This document shows, piece after piece, positions 48,414 through 63,539 of a stretch of DNA of 64,000 bases. The notes under the pieces are model-generated. The model searched no databases. It saw only the letters and a program-made list of their open reading frames with translations, and was not told the DNA's origin. The stretch is from Lingula anatina. Its lineage: Eukaryota; Animalia; Brachiopoda. The DNA is taken from positions 21,886,001-21,950,000 of the forward strand of contig CM120641.1 of the NCBI GenBank assembly GCA_051362555.1, read 5' to 3'. The position numbers were made by a program, and so were the translations under genes. The first letter of the stretch is position 1; each line of letters opens with the position of its first letter.

Positions 48414-51400
48414 GGTACTATTTTATGACTTGCGTATGGTATGGTAAGAAACTAAACTCGCTGTAAAGGTTTAATTTGGATGAAAGGACAAGGCAAACTA
48501 TAAACTAGGCTTACAGGGAAAGTATCGAAAGCACAGCCAAACCAAAATCCTTTTCGAGGAGTACTTTGCGACAATAGTTCACCTCCAGTGTCCTTTTAAA
48601 GACTGACGCGGCTAAATCTATATTATTTTGTCATCTAAAGGCCGTAAAAGCTAGCGAGATTTAAACACTGTAGTCTGATAATTGAACAAAGTTAGTCTTT
48701 GTTCGAGGTCTTTCAGTTTGATCGTGAAATGTTTTTGTTCACGGATTTTACTGTAAACTTTCGAGCGGAAAGCAATGCAGACTAACTATCAAGCTTCAGA
48801 ATGCACATTAAAGCCAAACGACTTTTACTGAATTCCGGGGAAGTCAGTAATGGTGATTTATTTATAATACAGCCTTATTTGAGTTACTGAGGGCGATCTG
48901 TATGCATTAACGTTGTGTTTACAATGCGGCGTGTGCTAAAATAAAACAAAGCAACCTTGCTCCTATGAAAGGGGAGATTGCGAAAACTGAGACGAAGCAT
49001 GATAAATTGTTAAAAAGCAAGACTACGGATCGATGTTACTCGGAATTGATGCTTTAAAGTTTGCATAGTATAACGCGGTCAATAATGTATTGGAACAGAA
49101 GTGCCGTCAGCCCATTGTTTGGGATATTGACATAACAAGCGATTATCAAGTTTGACTTTTCTAGGCAAGACGACTAAAACCCTGGGGCTGATAACTATTG
49201 TTAGTGTGAATATGTTATGCGCAGTGACTGTCGGCTAGGGCCCCTGATAACATTAATGATTGGCTAACGAAAATAAATTTAGAACTGTAAACACGCACGC
49301 CGACGTTAATTTCATGAATAATTTCTTTTTTTCCGCCCCTTTCAATCTGTGCACATTTGAAATGCCCAGATTTCATTACAAATATATTTTCCTAAAAGAA
49401 TTATCTTGTCGGGCCAATGAGTGTGGTGGTGGTGGTTGTTCCCAAACGTCTGCCAAATAAATTAAATATATCATTTCGTTACTCCTTTTCGTCTGGACAA
49501 AAGAATTGCTCTAAATTGGCATCCATTTTAAAGAATTTTTATGAAATTCCAGGCTCTGTGTATTTGATGAATGTTTTATAGTTGTGTTAACCGCGACAAA
49601 CATCATTCTTGACATCATTAATTTTGTCCCTTTGCCAAAAAGAAGCACCTTTTTACGGTTTTAAAGAGAGTTGGAGAAGTGCTAGTCATTCCAATAACCC
49701 ACTTCTTTTTCGTGTTCTTCAAGTTTCGGAGATGGGGCGATCTTCAAATGTGAGTTGTCTGTGAGAACGAAAATAAAGAAACTTTAAATGTTTAATAATT
49801 GCTTATCATAGCCATTCTTTGTGAAAGATGCAGGGTTTTTTTTCAACCAGATTGAATCAGCCGTTCTTGTTCTTTATAAAACGCATTCTAGCTACGCCTG
49901 TCAATTTACCACTGGGTCTAAGTCTCAGAACACGGAGTAGGCTCTCATTTATACTGTCCTTGGCAGGGACTTGTATTTTATCATGTAAAGATTGAATAAT
50001 TACAGCGTTAACACAAAATTGCAGACCAAGGCATTACAATCGATATCCGACATCTAAGCGATGCGTCAAAATTATAGGTAAGTCGACGCAATTCGTTTAA
50101 CTTTTTGTTGTTTGACATTGCTGTATCATGGCAATAAAAGATTCATGTTTTGAAGATAATTTGGCCTGTACAAGATTTTGTTTGATTTTTAGGCTTCACA
50201 AAGTTCCGCTTTCAGATAAGTCAAACTACAAAGGTAATGACAAAAAAAATTCTTGAATAATAGGTGGATAAAAAAAGTCCCAAAATTTTCATATGGTAGA
50301 ATCCCTCCACCAAATATATTTGAACGGATTTTCATTTCATGCTTCAAAGGTACGTCGTGATACTACTATTGGTACATTAAAGTTTTTACTCACTGGTGGT
50401 CAAAACAGTCAAATGGTATTCAAAACATAAATTAGCTAGTCGAAATACCCGCATACTTACATTTTATTATTTTAAAATCAAGATGGGGCAAAATTCCAAA
50501 CCATAAGGGTCAGATAGGAACATTTTGAGCAAGCCGTGTCTTACTTCAAAAAGAGACTAGCAAATACCAATTTGTAACAACAAAGCTTATATATGTTGTG
50601 TTTGGAGTGTCGCTATTCAAAAGCTAATAAAACGACTACATTTCAAAAGTCCAATATGTATATTCCAGGCACAAGTCAAGACAACTATTTTAAAAAAATA
50701 GAAACTGTGAGCAATTTGCAGACGAAGACCGATTTCTAAGAGCGACCAAGTAAAACCCCAAAATGCTCCATTTCGGCATTGCGTGTTTGGACTGGTATTT
50801 GAATTGATCACAACGATGTTATATGGTCATAATTTATATATGCAAGAGGACACTCCAAAAAGAATGAATAAAATTTCATTTTAAGTAGCATGCATGGTTT
50901 TGCGTTATTAAGGTCTAAGGTTCGTGGCATTATTTCATCAACTCAGAATATAACAAACAAATTAATTTGTTGACAAAAAAAGTGGAATATCATAAACATC
51001 TCTGTATTCATAGACTCATCACACAAAACGTATCCGACTGCCGTTTATGTAGATCACATTCAAGTATGAAATAAATAAATTTAAAAACATCATAACATGA
51101 AATAAATGATAGATTTTCGGTCAATGCAAGTTGATTTAATTAAAGACGTTTTCACTTTGTAAGTTAAAAGTTCATATTGGGCTTAAAAATTAAACTGGGC
51201 AATATTTGTGTGAAATAATGCGTTTTTTGTTGTTGACTAGCTTTTAATGGCTCATTTTCAAAACGTAAAACAAAACAAGCTCTGAAAAAGGAATGGGATT
51301 TCGAAATCGCATACCAGCTTTAAATGCTGAAATTCAGCAAAAACAATTAGGAACGAAATGTCTGATGAAATTATAAATACTGTTTAAAGAATTAATTTTC

Positions 51401-51730
51401 GAACAAATGCACATAGACCTGGCCACGGACACGGGTAGCAAACCCCTGATAAACCCCTTTGACCACGCCTTCTTAACGATTGCCTTAATGAACACAAGCC
51501 TATCACACAAACGTATGCCTCTTCCAGAATCACGTATGTCTGAGCTTTACTAGAGAAAGCCAAACAGTGTTCTTGCATTGATTAGTTCTATGTATGCCAA
51601 CCCCGAAGACCCGGAAATGAATTTCATCGATCTGGGTCCAGAGAGCACGACGGGAAGAAGCAACTGCTTACCGCGTGTAAATACGAAGTGTGTCAGGGAG
51701 CGCTCGCACGACACAGACCCTTCAGACAAA

Positions 51731-52595
51731 ATGGCAGCGATGGTGAACGGTTTGCACGACAGCAACAGCTCCATTCTAAACGGTGTGCAGATAGCAACTT
51801 CACCAGTCACCATGAAAGACGGAGATGCTTTGAAACTTTTTGTAGGCCAGATCCCCAGAACGCTAGAGGAGAAGGACATACGGCCCCTGTTTGAAGAGTT
51901 TGGTCAGATCTATGAGCTAACAGTCCTCAAAGATCGTTTTACGGGCATACACAAAGGTAATGTCTGAAAATAAATGCTTTGGCAATGAATTCCTTTTTTA
52001 CACCATCTTAAAATAGTCAGATAGCGCTTGGTCCTTGGTTTGCGACTGCTTAAGTTTAATAGTGCCATGCGGTAGTAGAGGGATTATTCCAACAAGGCGA
52101 ACTGATCGATGGTCAATAGCTCTCTAGTGGTTTGCGTCTGTTATCACGTGTACCAGATAACCCGTATAAGATTCAAAGACTGCCTTAAGAACAGGACAAG
52201 ACAGAAGACAATAATCATTCTCGTCGTCGAAAGCCGTGGCTCGCGCTACGATGCCATCAGTGCGTGTAGCGATTCATTATGATGATTGCCAGACACGCGA
52301 CACTGTTGGCACGTTACCTGGCAACCGCTGAAACTATTTCTATTGGGATCAGCTGATCATTGTACAGCATTTGTTCGGGGCATTCTTCCATGTGTGAATA
52401 AAAGACCTTTCCTGGATATAGTGTGTACACGATGTGATGTATGTGTTGGGTAATGTGCACTGCAAATTGCTTAGGCTTTGCCAGTTAGCTAAATATTGAT
52501 GTGCAGCAGAACTTCTGTATTATCTTAGACCCAGGTGTTGCACACTTAATATAAGAAATTGAAAGCTCTCAGCGAGGAGGGACCATGCAATTGGG

Positions 52596-52640
<45 letters not shown>

Positions 52641-54598
52641 AAGGTAAATAATGTAATCAAGGGATATTTTTTTAAATTGTTTATATGAAAAAATGAGAGA
52701 TATGGGGACAAGTTTATTTAATCCTGATTTTCAAATTTAACATAACTAATGAAATGCATTGATCAGACATCATATGGTAGGGATTATTTTACTCACATGG
52801 TAGATATCTTATTGTTATTTTTTAGGTAGAATAAAAAGGGAAAAAAGAGAAATGGTGGATTACTAAATGAAAAATAAGCAGGAATATAGATAATAAATGA
52901 GAAAAAAGTGGCAAATACTTAATTATGCATTAAGCTATACAACTTTGTGTAGCTTGTACTTTTACTAGTAATGTCTCTTTTCCCTTTCTTGGAATTATTA
53001 TGGCTTTATACTGTCCTTCATCTGGGTTTATCTGACTTCACAACTCTCACAAATCACCCACGTCATGAATTCAATTGCTGTCTTTTCTTTTCCTGTCCTG
53101 ACTACCTAAAATTCACATATCTTATCCCTTGGGGCTTTACTTTTCCTCTGAAGGTAGAACTCTCACAATAATACTTAACAAGCTTTTATCTAGGGACTGT
53201 GAAAACTGATTTGCGCAAATTAAGGGAATAGATTTGCCAAGATGGATTGTTAGGGCTAATGCCAAGATTGCCAAGAGAATTCTAGGAGGAATTGATGTTC
53301 CAAAGGGAGATTTATCTTAGAAGTGATCAGGATAATTCCATCTGATTTCTAATTTGTTGTAGTCAGGTAGAACATTCACTAGCCAGTCAATGCTTCTAGT
53401 TTTTTTTTCTCTAAAAAGCCAAGAAAGACTGTTAAAAAAAAGAAAGTTTAAGTGAATTTTTTATTTGAAATATATATTTATATTCATGTAACTGTTTCCC
53501 TCTTTCAATGGCTTGATATGGCATGCTGTTTCTGTCACATTTGCTGCAGACCTGAGATCACTAATTGCACAGTGGTACCTTTGCCATCTGTTCTTTGGGT
53601 TGTTTGAGGCATATATTGACTCACATGTGTGTCTTCAGTTTGTGACTTCTTGTCTAAATTGATGATGTCTCAAGGCTCCCTGTGAAACAATAACTTGACA
53701 ACACAAGGTTTATATCTCGGGTCATGCTTTGTCTCGCTGACAATTATATGCTGATTTTCACTTAAGTAAATACAATAACTGATTTATCGTAGGTTATATT
53801 TGTTCTATGAAATGGTCTTGTAATGTTATCACAGTGATTAAACTGCATCCCTGCACCAATTGAGTATCGGAACAATGGCGACCAGCACTGTGTCCACAAA
53901 GCCAAATGTAAAACTGCGGTGGACTTCTCTTTTCTTTACTTGTCAAAGTAGTACCAGTAGATCAATACCAGGAAACTCACAGGTGTGTTTTTATCACTAG
54001 ATCTCTCCACCTGAACCGAATTCTGGAATAACAGAGCTGTGTGTTAAGATAAGAAAATTGATTTTTGCTCTGGGGATACTTGCTTGGAATATGCATGGTC
54101 CTATTGGAGGGGTCAAGACAACATCTATCATTGTACCATCTGGTTTGAAAACCAAATTTTGGGTTTTAAGATTCTTGAAAGCTTTCCCATGTTTTTATGT
54201 CTCAAAGCATTTTAGTCATGGTAAATGAATAAACTAGTGTGGTTGTTCATGAAAATTCAATTGGGTTTAAGGGAGAAGGTTGTTTTAATTCAATCCCATG
54301 TCTTGTCTCTTCTCATTGGTTTACCAGTACCTGGACCATGTTCATCATTCCCACCATGTCTAGTATACAGGCCTCATAAACGATAATTGCCATTTTCTAA
54401 CACCAGCCTTAGATTTGGGAACACAAATGCACAAATTAACAACTAATTTATAATTGAACAACTTTGAACAACATTAATACTGCAGCAATGTATTCTCAGC
54501 CAGTTTTGGAGATACCGGCCGTAGCAATAGTCCGAAGGTTCATTGGTCCGATGCCAATGTATGACTTCCCAATCAAGTTCAACAGTAACTCTACCAGT

Positions 54599-54671
<73 letters not shown>

Positions 54672-57600
54672 CAAGCGTGAGTGTTCAACAGTCCAGAGCA
54701 TTTGTACACAATTAAAATAAATAAATAAATAAATAAATAAACAAGAGACATGCAATAACCCCGACTCCGAGTTTCATGGGCATATATATTTATAAGGGTC
54801 GGAAAATTTGCAAAGTGAAGTTTATCATGAAAAGTAAGTCAAAGGTCAGTTTCAAGCTCATAGATAGCCAGTATATGACTTCCTATTCAAGTTTCATAGT
54901 AACTATGGGCGTATCTCTGCTAATTTTGGAATATTTCACATTTTATTTTTGCCACTGAATGTTGTTAGCAACAGCTCGGTGGAAATTTTATTTAATGGTT
55001 TAACTGCATATACAATTACTCTTATCCATTTTTTAATTTTAGCGTGTACATATTTTTTTGTTTTGTTTTTATTCGCATATGAATGAAACTACATACAAAA
55101 GACAAGCTCAAAGCTAAACATATGCACAATATGAGTAAAAGAAGTCAAAAGAAATAGAATTAGTAACTGCATTATATGCCTATTTTCGAAAGAAAAAAAG
55201 AGAAATAGAAATGGCAACCATAAAGAAAAAAATATATCATTATGTGACTTCTCACCATTTCAGACAGATCAGACAGATATAAACTAATAAATACATAATT
55301 ATGGATAACCAGCTCTTAATGCAAAGTTCTGTAGTTGTCTGATTCTTTTGGTAATTATTGATGTTATTCTATTTGATTTAATAATATTAATAAAAATCCT
55401 AATGATGATAGAAAATAGTTGTAATTAAATAAATAAATATATACAGTACATAGTAAAGTTGTTGGCATCACTTGACTGAAGGACACATATGTAAAATTTT
55501 ATTTGTATAATTGTTTATTTGTAAATTGTTATTTTTAAATTATCTAAATACAACATGAATTTGCCTGATGTGAGTGATCTTTTACAAACATTTAATTTTC
55601 CGAAATTCTGGTCTAAAACACTCTGTCTATGTGCATCAATATTTCAGAACTACCATAGAGCAATTACACACAGAGGGGGTATCAGCGTGTGGAAAAGTTC
55701 TATACAAGCTTGGGTTTCAACTCCTCTCAGTACATTAATAATATATACCATTAGAAAATGTTCTGATGGCTGGCAACCATATGCTACTAGTAGGAACTAG
55801 AGCCATGCGAGCAGACTTCTCCCAAGACCACCAAATAATTTAAGGTGCTACTTAAGAAGCCAGTCTTGTACTTTATTTATTGGATGCCATCATGCAAAAG
55901 TGCAATTAAATAACATGTCATTAGTCCTAGTTGAGGAGGTAGTAGGAAATTTAGAGCACAGGCTCATGCTTGGTTGGAGGAAGACTTGGAAAACCAATCA
56001 ATAAGCGTAAACTGCTGTTCAGTCGGGTTCTCATCGGCTTTACAAAAGAATACATTGAATACTACTAATTATAGTATGATGAAGTGATGAGGGAAGCCTC
56101 CTCATACAATTAACCTACTGATTCAATGAATATTATACAAATGATATTCACTCACAACTTGGGGGGTTTAAATTGTGCATCCTGCAACCAAGTTAAATCT
56201 CTCAAACTTGTTCTTCAACAAATGATCCTTATACCACTTATGGTTTACCATGTACAACAAATGTTATACTAGAAATATATGATTGAACAAAACTGGATTA
56301 GAGAATAGAACCCTTACATTTGATGTTTTCTCAGATCTGGTTTGCCAGTTGTTAGAAGATTTGTATATAAATGTACAGATGTGCCAATCTATATAAGTTA
56401 TTTGTTGTACAAAAGTTGGAGCAATTAAAAAAAACAAAACAAAAACAGAAGGCTTTTTCTGTTTCAATAGTAAGATCATTGCTTGAGGCTGACTTAATGA
56501 AGTGGAACATAGGATTCAGAAAGATGATTTTACCAGGGCACATTTGCTGGATGTAGTTAAAGAAAGTGATCCAGTGGTACCTGCATGCCTGGAGTGTCAA
56601 AGGTACCATGGAGACCAAGTAGCTGAACAGGAGGCCTCTACAGTTACAGTTATTTTCTATGCCTTTTTAGATATATTAATTTAAACTACAGATATTGAAC
56701 TCCAATACTAAGATGGGCATGTATGACCCTTAAATGTACCAGTTTTTCTTTTCTCTGATTTTTACACAAATAAGGAATGTATATTTTTACTTTTTTGATA
56801 AAAACTGCCTCATATGAGTTTTACTGTCTCAAAAGGGAACTGTTCCAGCTTCGAAATAAAGTGTTTGGTGCATTTATTTTGTTCTTAAAAGGCGGCATTA
56901 ACATACTGAGAGGTAAAGCTGTGTGTGAAATGATTAAATTATGGATGTGCATATAGGTCAGATATTTGGTATCCATTGAGGACTCCTACATGTTTATCAG
57001 TCTAACTACAGCTTTGAACTTCTCAGGCAACAATGGCTGCCACTTTTCTACTGTCCCTGGAGGAACTTATTGAGTAATGCAAATCAAACATACCTTACCC
57101 GTCCATTAAACTGTGCGACATTCAGCTAGGCTTTGATAATGCATTACAATTAAAATATTGATAGAAATCCATGTCACACATTAGGCTGACTTGTTAGAAT
57201 CCACGTCAAATATTTTTCTACCAGTCATCAATAATCAGTGCATTGTTTCTTTTCTTGGAGCCCTGAACTGCCATTTTGTGACATATATGATGATTGAGTG
57301 TAGTATCTGTCCTTCAAGAGAAATCTATATCAATTGCCAACACAGAAGTGTGCCCTTTATCAAAATGAATCATGTTTGATTAAGGTATTGGCACAGACTT
57401 GGCAAAGCAAATGTAGATTTGATGTTTCCTGAATTGGTCAGGGCATATATCCATTTTGTCTTTCACTCCTCATCATACTACACTGACTGATATGTCTCTC
57501 AAGGCAGGAATTACATGATGCAAAATAAGTTTTTGTACAAAAAATAAATAAATAAATAAACAAAGTAAAAACGATGACAATAAGATAAAAGAAAAAATGT

Positions 57601-60600
57601 AGTTAAAGTACTATCAAAGGCACTAAGAATCCCCTCCAAGTGTGAAACATAGAATGTTTTTCTTATAGTGTTAGCATAACTAAGTTCTGCAAATGCCACT
57701 AATTTTGTCCAAAACAAAAGTGCCAAATGCAATTTGCATGAATCATATATTGTCCCGTGAAAGACATATTTTCTCTGAAAATGTTAATACTCTTTCTTTT
57801 ATCAGTTTTGGGGTTTTCATGTATGTTGAACATTAATGAATAAGCAGCACAGTTTAGAATAATGCATATTTATTGTTAACATATAAAAGCAGCATAATTT
57901 ATAATAATGCATATTTAGTGTACATTAAAATACAAATGAAGCAATGGTTATTTACAAACCTTTTTTTTTTTCATGTTTGAAGAATTAAAGTAGTGTCAGT
58001 TTATTTGTCAACTCTTATCTTCATTCAAAAAGCTATGGAAGTTAGGGTGTATACCCATAACTTTCTGTCAGATCCCATGGTTGAACAAATGGAAGGGCAA
58101 AGTGGTCACATTCTAAAGCTGGAACATTGTCACACTATTTTCCATTCTCTGTGTGATTGCACGTGAGGGAGGTATACTTAATGTTCCATAGTACAAATCA
58201 CATCTTGAGATCTTGTGGTAGAAATAATGCAGTACATCAAATAAAGAGACTTGGATATCAACTAAATACTTTGGAATGACATATTGTTCTTGAAGATGTA
58301 TGAATGAATTAATTAATCATTATCACCAGATGAGATAAATTTTAGCCAAAAGGCACAGTTGAAGATCAATATTATTATCAAATGTACTGAGTTTTGATGT
58401 GACGGTGATACTCTTGTAGCATTCTATTCCTGTGGCTGAAGGATGATCATGATGAAACAGTGAACCAGATTACTGGGACAGAGCACTCGACAGAGGTGAA
58501 TATCTGTTGGTACTAAGGATAACGACTCTTCATATGAGATTCAAAGTGCCATAATAAATACCTTGAAAACAGCACATAGAAATATAAAAATTCCATTTTA
58601 CCACCAAAATAGTAGATATCACAATTAGTCTGACATCTGTGCCTGCCATGGGACCACATGGACCTTCATAGATGGCTATACTCTCCAAATTATCTCTTAA
58701 GAGATTACTGCAAAAAATACACTTAAAAAAACTTTGCATGTCGCAGGAGATTCATTAACCATTAGTAAGTATGGGAACATTGTCTTCCCAGGAAAATCCA
58801 TTTTATGGCACTTAAATATATCCCACCAAAATGAAAAGGTCCTGATTAGCTTCACGTAAGGCCTTTTTCACGTGGGGGTCTTGATATTCCGAAGGTTCAC
58901 TGGTCAGAAGGATCATTGGTCCGAAAATGGTAACATTTTCATCGTTTTTTTAATCAAGGTTTCATTGGTCCAAAGGTTCTGTAGTGAACATTCGGACCAA
59001 TGAACCTTCAGACTGTTGCTATGGCCCCTTTTTCACAATGAGCAGTATACTTAACTGGACCAAGACCAAGACTTCTAAATGGCTAAATGGAGCCCCCACA
59101 ATCTATCCGACCAATTAATTTACTTCACTAACTTAACAGCAGGAAGCAAACTTTGGGAGCAATTGTGAAAGGGAGTAAAAACCTCTATAGCTTAATAACA
59201 TGTTGGACCTCTCAAAGTGAACCAGTCAAGTTAAGTGTAACGCTGGGCCCAATTGTTCTCCCTTGTCAGTTTGTAGCATCTTGAAATCAACCACATGGTC
59301 ACATGGTCCTAGGTGTCTGGGGAAAATGAAACAGTATGGCATGAAACATTCACATAACCAACAACCAGCAGGAGAGGTGAGTGTGAACCCCATGGGTCCG
59401 CCATTACAAGACTAGATGCTGGCCGGGAGTGTTCACACCACTTCAACCACCACAAACCTGGTGCCACTTGTGGCTATGCCAGTTTGTGTTTATATAGGAT
59501 AACGCATCAATTTTTCAATCATAAATTTCAAGAAAACATAAAAAAATCATATGGCATATTTGTCATTACCTGGTAGGGTATTCTTACCCTGTTTGAATTG
59601 CAAGTACAACCACAGCTATTGCTGCTGGCAGTGTGGCATATAAAGACACCAATTATAGACTGGAAACTTACTAAATTTGAAACTTGAAATATAACTTCTT
59701 TTAACAAAAATAAGTCTACTTGAAAAAACTATTCTCCTTCAGCAATTGTGTTACTTGCATCTAAAATTCATGACACATTATACCTGCCTCAAGTTTTATT
59801 TTTATACTGTAACATATACATAACGAGTGAATGATTCATAACACTTTGTGAAACATGCTGTGCAATGACCTGAAGAGAGGCAATCAATATACAGGTATCT
59901 TCTAGAATAAAAAAGAAAAAAAAAGTCCTAGGTACAGTTTCAGTCACAATTCTGGCCATGCTTTAATTAGTCTGTCATAGTATGCACGCCAAGATTTTTA
60001 TTCAATATTCCATAATATTCAGCTAATTTCCTTAAAATAGAAAAAGCACACACACACATACACACGAGACTAAATATGTGATGTGATGTTTTTTTGTTTT
60101 CTTGGTATTCAAATTATTGAAAAAGATGAATGACTTGTATCTAAACATTGTAGTTAAAGTAAAATGTTTTTTGTTTGTTTGTTTGTTTGTTTTTGCCATT
60201 TTCCATCTTGTTCACACAATTTAGGCCTATCTGTTTGAATAAATAATTGTTTGTTGAAGTAAAAAGTTCATTTCATTTGAAACTCAATCAGAGTGCAAGA
60301 GAATTCCTATTGGGAGTGGCACATATTCATCTCATCAAAATTGATCATGTCAATTCAACAGTAACTAATTACGTCCAGACAAATCAATTGACATCTTGTT
60401 TAACCATTGGCATGCAAGAGAACTCACAGGCTATATGAGCAGTTAACTGACATCACGTCTTCTCATAGATATTGAAGATTTTTATTGTATTGAAATTGTA
60501 AATTTGTGGCTCGCATCCCTTATTTATTGCTTAATGTTGTTGATCAACACTGTAAGAATAAAATTAATTTTGTCAGCTATTCAAAAACTTGTTGAAAATC

Positions 60601-60978
60601 CTTTATTTTAAAAAAATGAAATAACTTCAAGCATTTGACAACCAAAAATAAACAAAAAATTAACAGAAATGTCCCTCTCGCAAAGCATCATTCAGAGTCC
60701 ATTTTGCTGTTCAATGCACTGGTGTGACACATATTAAATGTCAGAGGCATGAGTGATAATGAAAAACATAATACTTACAGACACTCTTAATGGTAATTGG
60801 GAGATACATGACATATTTGTAGCCTGCAGATTGTGTAAAGTAATGGCCATTTGATGAAAACTAGCTGCTTTGTGTGCTTTTTGTCATTATATTTGTGTAA
60901 GTACAAAATTAAATATACTCATTCATAAAGATTTTCTTTAAAGGCAGGGAATGAGTGCTAAAGCTTTATATAATAAAG

Positions 60979-61040
<62 letters not shown>

Positions 61041-61735
61041 AACTGTTCACAGAATTGCAGTCTACAAATTTTTTTAAAATCCTTAATTTCTATTTTTTAC
61101 AGCCATGAGTGAAATTCACTGGCCCAACTCTCCATTACAAGATTGCCTCAAATATTAGAAATCTAAAACTCAAAAACCAGTTTTTGGATCTTAATTCTGT
61201 GAATGGATATATGTGGATATGGTGTGCCTTGGTGATTAAAGGGAAAACTGTTGAAGTTTCCAAAGGAACATTGAAAGGAGAGTGAAAGGAATTAACACTC
61301 ACTGCGTTACTTTAAAAATATGAGATGCAGTTTTGGTGGCTTATATTAATTGTTTTAACACCTATGGACCATTTGATTTGCTCGTAACCAATGATGCCAA
61401 AAATCTGGTTATACTCGTATTGAAAGTTAATTTGGTTCAGAGTCAGGCAAGCAGTTTGCTCAGCCTGTTATTTCATGTTTTTCCTCAAGTCACAGCCTGA
61501 AGCAATAAAATCAATTAACATATTTCAATTATCCCTAAATGCAAAGTGATCTGATGCTGGCAGTCAGTGACTAGTTTTACATGTTAAACTGGTGTAAGCG
61601 TGCTAATTATAAAATGTTAGATATCGTCACATTTGTCTGTCTCCCATTCCAGGCTGTGCCTTCCTTACCTACTGTAACCGGGACAGTGCAATTAAGGCTC
61701 AACAAGCTTTACATGAACAGAAAACACTGCCAGGG
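51731..61735 (+). CDS. CELF4: CUGBP/Elav-like family member (CELF3-6 / bruno-3 type), first two coding exons; gene continues beyond the window
   Basis: Exon 51731-51956 ([55 protein letters not shown]) and exon 61653-61735 ([28 protein letters not shown]) form RRM1. Co-orthologue of vertebrate CELF3-6; an in-frame upstream ATG is at 51590. Confidence 0.92.
52598..52638 (+). repeat. 41-nt poly-G run
   Basis: Direct reading. Confidence 0.9.
54560..54935. mobile_element. fragments of the Helentron-like internal repeat, interrupted by (TA)n at 54605-54670
   Basis: tatgacttcc.at.caagttcaa.agtaac and aagtaagtcaaaggtcagtttcaag match the units at 42000-42420. Confidence 0.6.
58875..59028. mobile_element. 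small MITE-like element with internal ggttcattggtccgaa subrepeats
   Basis: Direct and inverted copies of aaggttcattggtccgaa; tttttcac on both flanks; related fragment at ~54516-54551. Confidence 0.5.
60985..61035. repeat. (TA)n microsatellite
   Basis: Direct reading. Confidence 0.95.
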
Positions 61736-63276
61736 GTGAGTATAAAGACATTTCGGTAACTCTTTTCTTTTCATCTGACATTTGTGAAATCACATTATGT
61801 AATTGTCTGCTATTGGGATGGTATGTCTCTCTTATTATTTGGTCTTAGCTTTTCAAAAGAGCCCAACTCCTTCCAACTTCTTTTTAAGATGGTGTAATAA
61901 GTAATGGTGGCAATTGCCCTTTTTATTACCCTTTCTACTTCATAATATAACTCCTAAGTTGTAGCTTACACATAATTATGTCAGCTCTCATTCCTCAGCA
62001 TTGATGATTTTATTTTTGTTATGATATAAATTGCACTTTGCAAAATGTGCTCTAATCCACTTATGTAGTAATATCATCCAGGAAGTGAGAAATTCTGAAT
62101 ATTTCAGTTTCATCCTAAAATAATCTTTTACCAACAATGGTCTGGGGCTGCTGTGAAAAGAAAGGCATCAGTGAGCCATTACGTCTTGCCATATGACACT
62201 TGGAACAATTTGAATTGTTGATAAGGTGTATGTAGGTATACGCAGCAAACTCCACATGCTGTACGAAGGGCGACCTGGCTTTTTACAAGCACTGATAATC
62301 TTTCCAGAATAATGAAACTGAAAATGACTTTAAAAAGCTAAAATGAAAACAGAGATGTTGATGCAAAATGCCAAAAAAAAAAAAAAACATTTTTATAATC
62401 CAAAAGGGAATTGTTAGTTCTGTTGTTACGTACATACTTATTATGCTTTTTACAATAAAGACCGAGAGAGCTCAAATATAGAAGAACATTGGGGTTTCAG
62501 AGTATAAACTGAAACTGATATAGCTAGCATACTTGTTCAGTTCAGTTTGTCCGAAAAGAAATCAATTAGCGTTTTATCTGGCGTTTTCACCAGGCAGAGG
62601 GACCTGATGCTTTGCTCTGAGTTATTGACCAGAAACTGTTTAAAGCATTAACACATTTTGCAAGTCCAATTTCATTGATTGTGATAGGCATTGGCATGTT
62701 CCCTCCTTGTTGGTGTCTGCCACAGTCTGTAGTTTATCATTTACTGGTGTGAATCAGGAAGGTAATAATTCTAGCTCTTTATGAATGATATGATACTATG
62801 CACTTGTTTCCTACCAAAAGGGGATTAATTTTCTTTGTAGTCAGCTTGAAATGAATGTTGCAAGATAGATAAGATGACATGGGGAATGAAGAAGAATGTT
62901 CTCTGCATCATTTTGAAGCAATATAGTATCAAAATATATCTTGCTTTAAAAGAAATATAAAAAGAGATGTTTTGGTTCTGTTGCAAGTATTTGGTATGTT
63001 AAAAGTGATGTAGCCTAGAGAGTAACAAGGCAGCTCTGGCTATGAGCTTTGTGCCTGTTTTTGCAACAATAGTATCTTTCATTTTAGTATCTTTTTGTTA
63101 TTTGCTAAACTCTAAAAAATCAATTCTTCAGGCACATATAATAGTATCTTTGGAAACAAAATTGTTGTTTTTTTTTTTGCATTTCTGCTACCTGTTTCAG
63201 AATGTAGCAATTTTTGGAAATGAAAATTGCTCATGGTCTGCAGCTGTCATCTGATGTGATGTACAATATTGCCTGA

Positions 63277-63444
63277 CAGGGGCGGATTTAGGCCGTCTTC
63301 TGGGTCTTCCGGAAGACGGTCAGATTTTCAAGTTTACATTGACGGGTATCTAATTTTTTCTGTTGGAAGACGGTCAAAATTGGAGGATGAATCAACAAAG
63401 ATATTTTGGAAGACTGTCAGTGAATAGCTCTGCATCCGCCTCTG
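63277..63444. mobile_element. hAT-like MITE
   Basis: TIR caggggcggat / atccgcctctg; internal ggaagacggtca repeats; cctga on both flanks. Confidence 0.6.
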
Positions 63445-63539
63445 CCTGATGTGGTATAAGCTGTTTCTTGCTGTGATCTAAAGATGTTTTCAAAAGTATT
63501 GCCCAGTTTGTTACCTGTTGTGACAGTCAGCACCCCTCA

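Noticed and set aside
54443-54751. ORFs with YIYIYI runs (also 48218-48466)
   Set aside because: Translations of (TA)n microsatellites.
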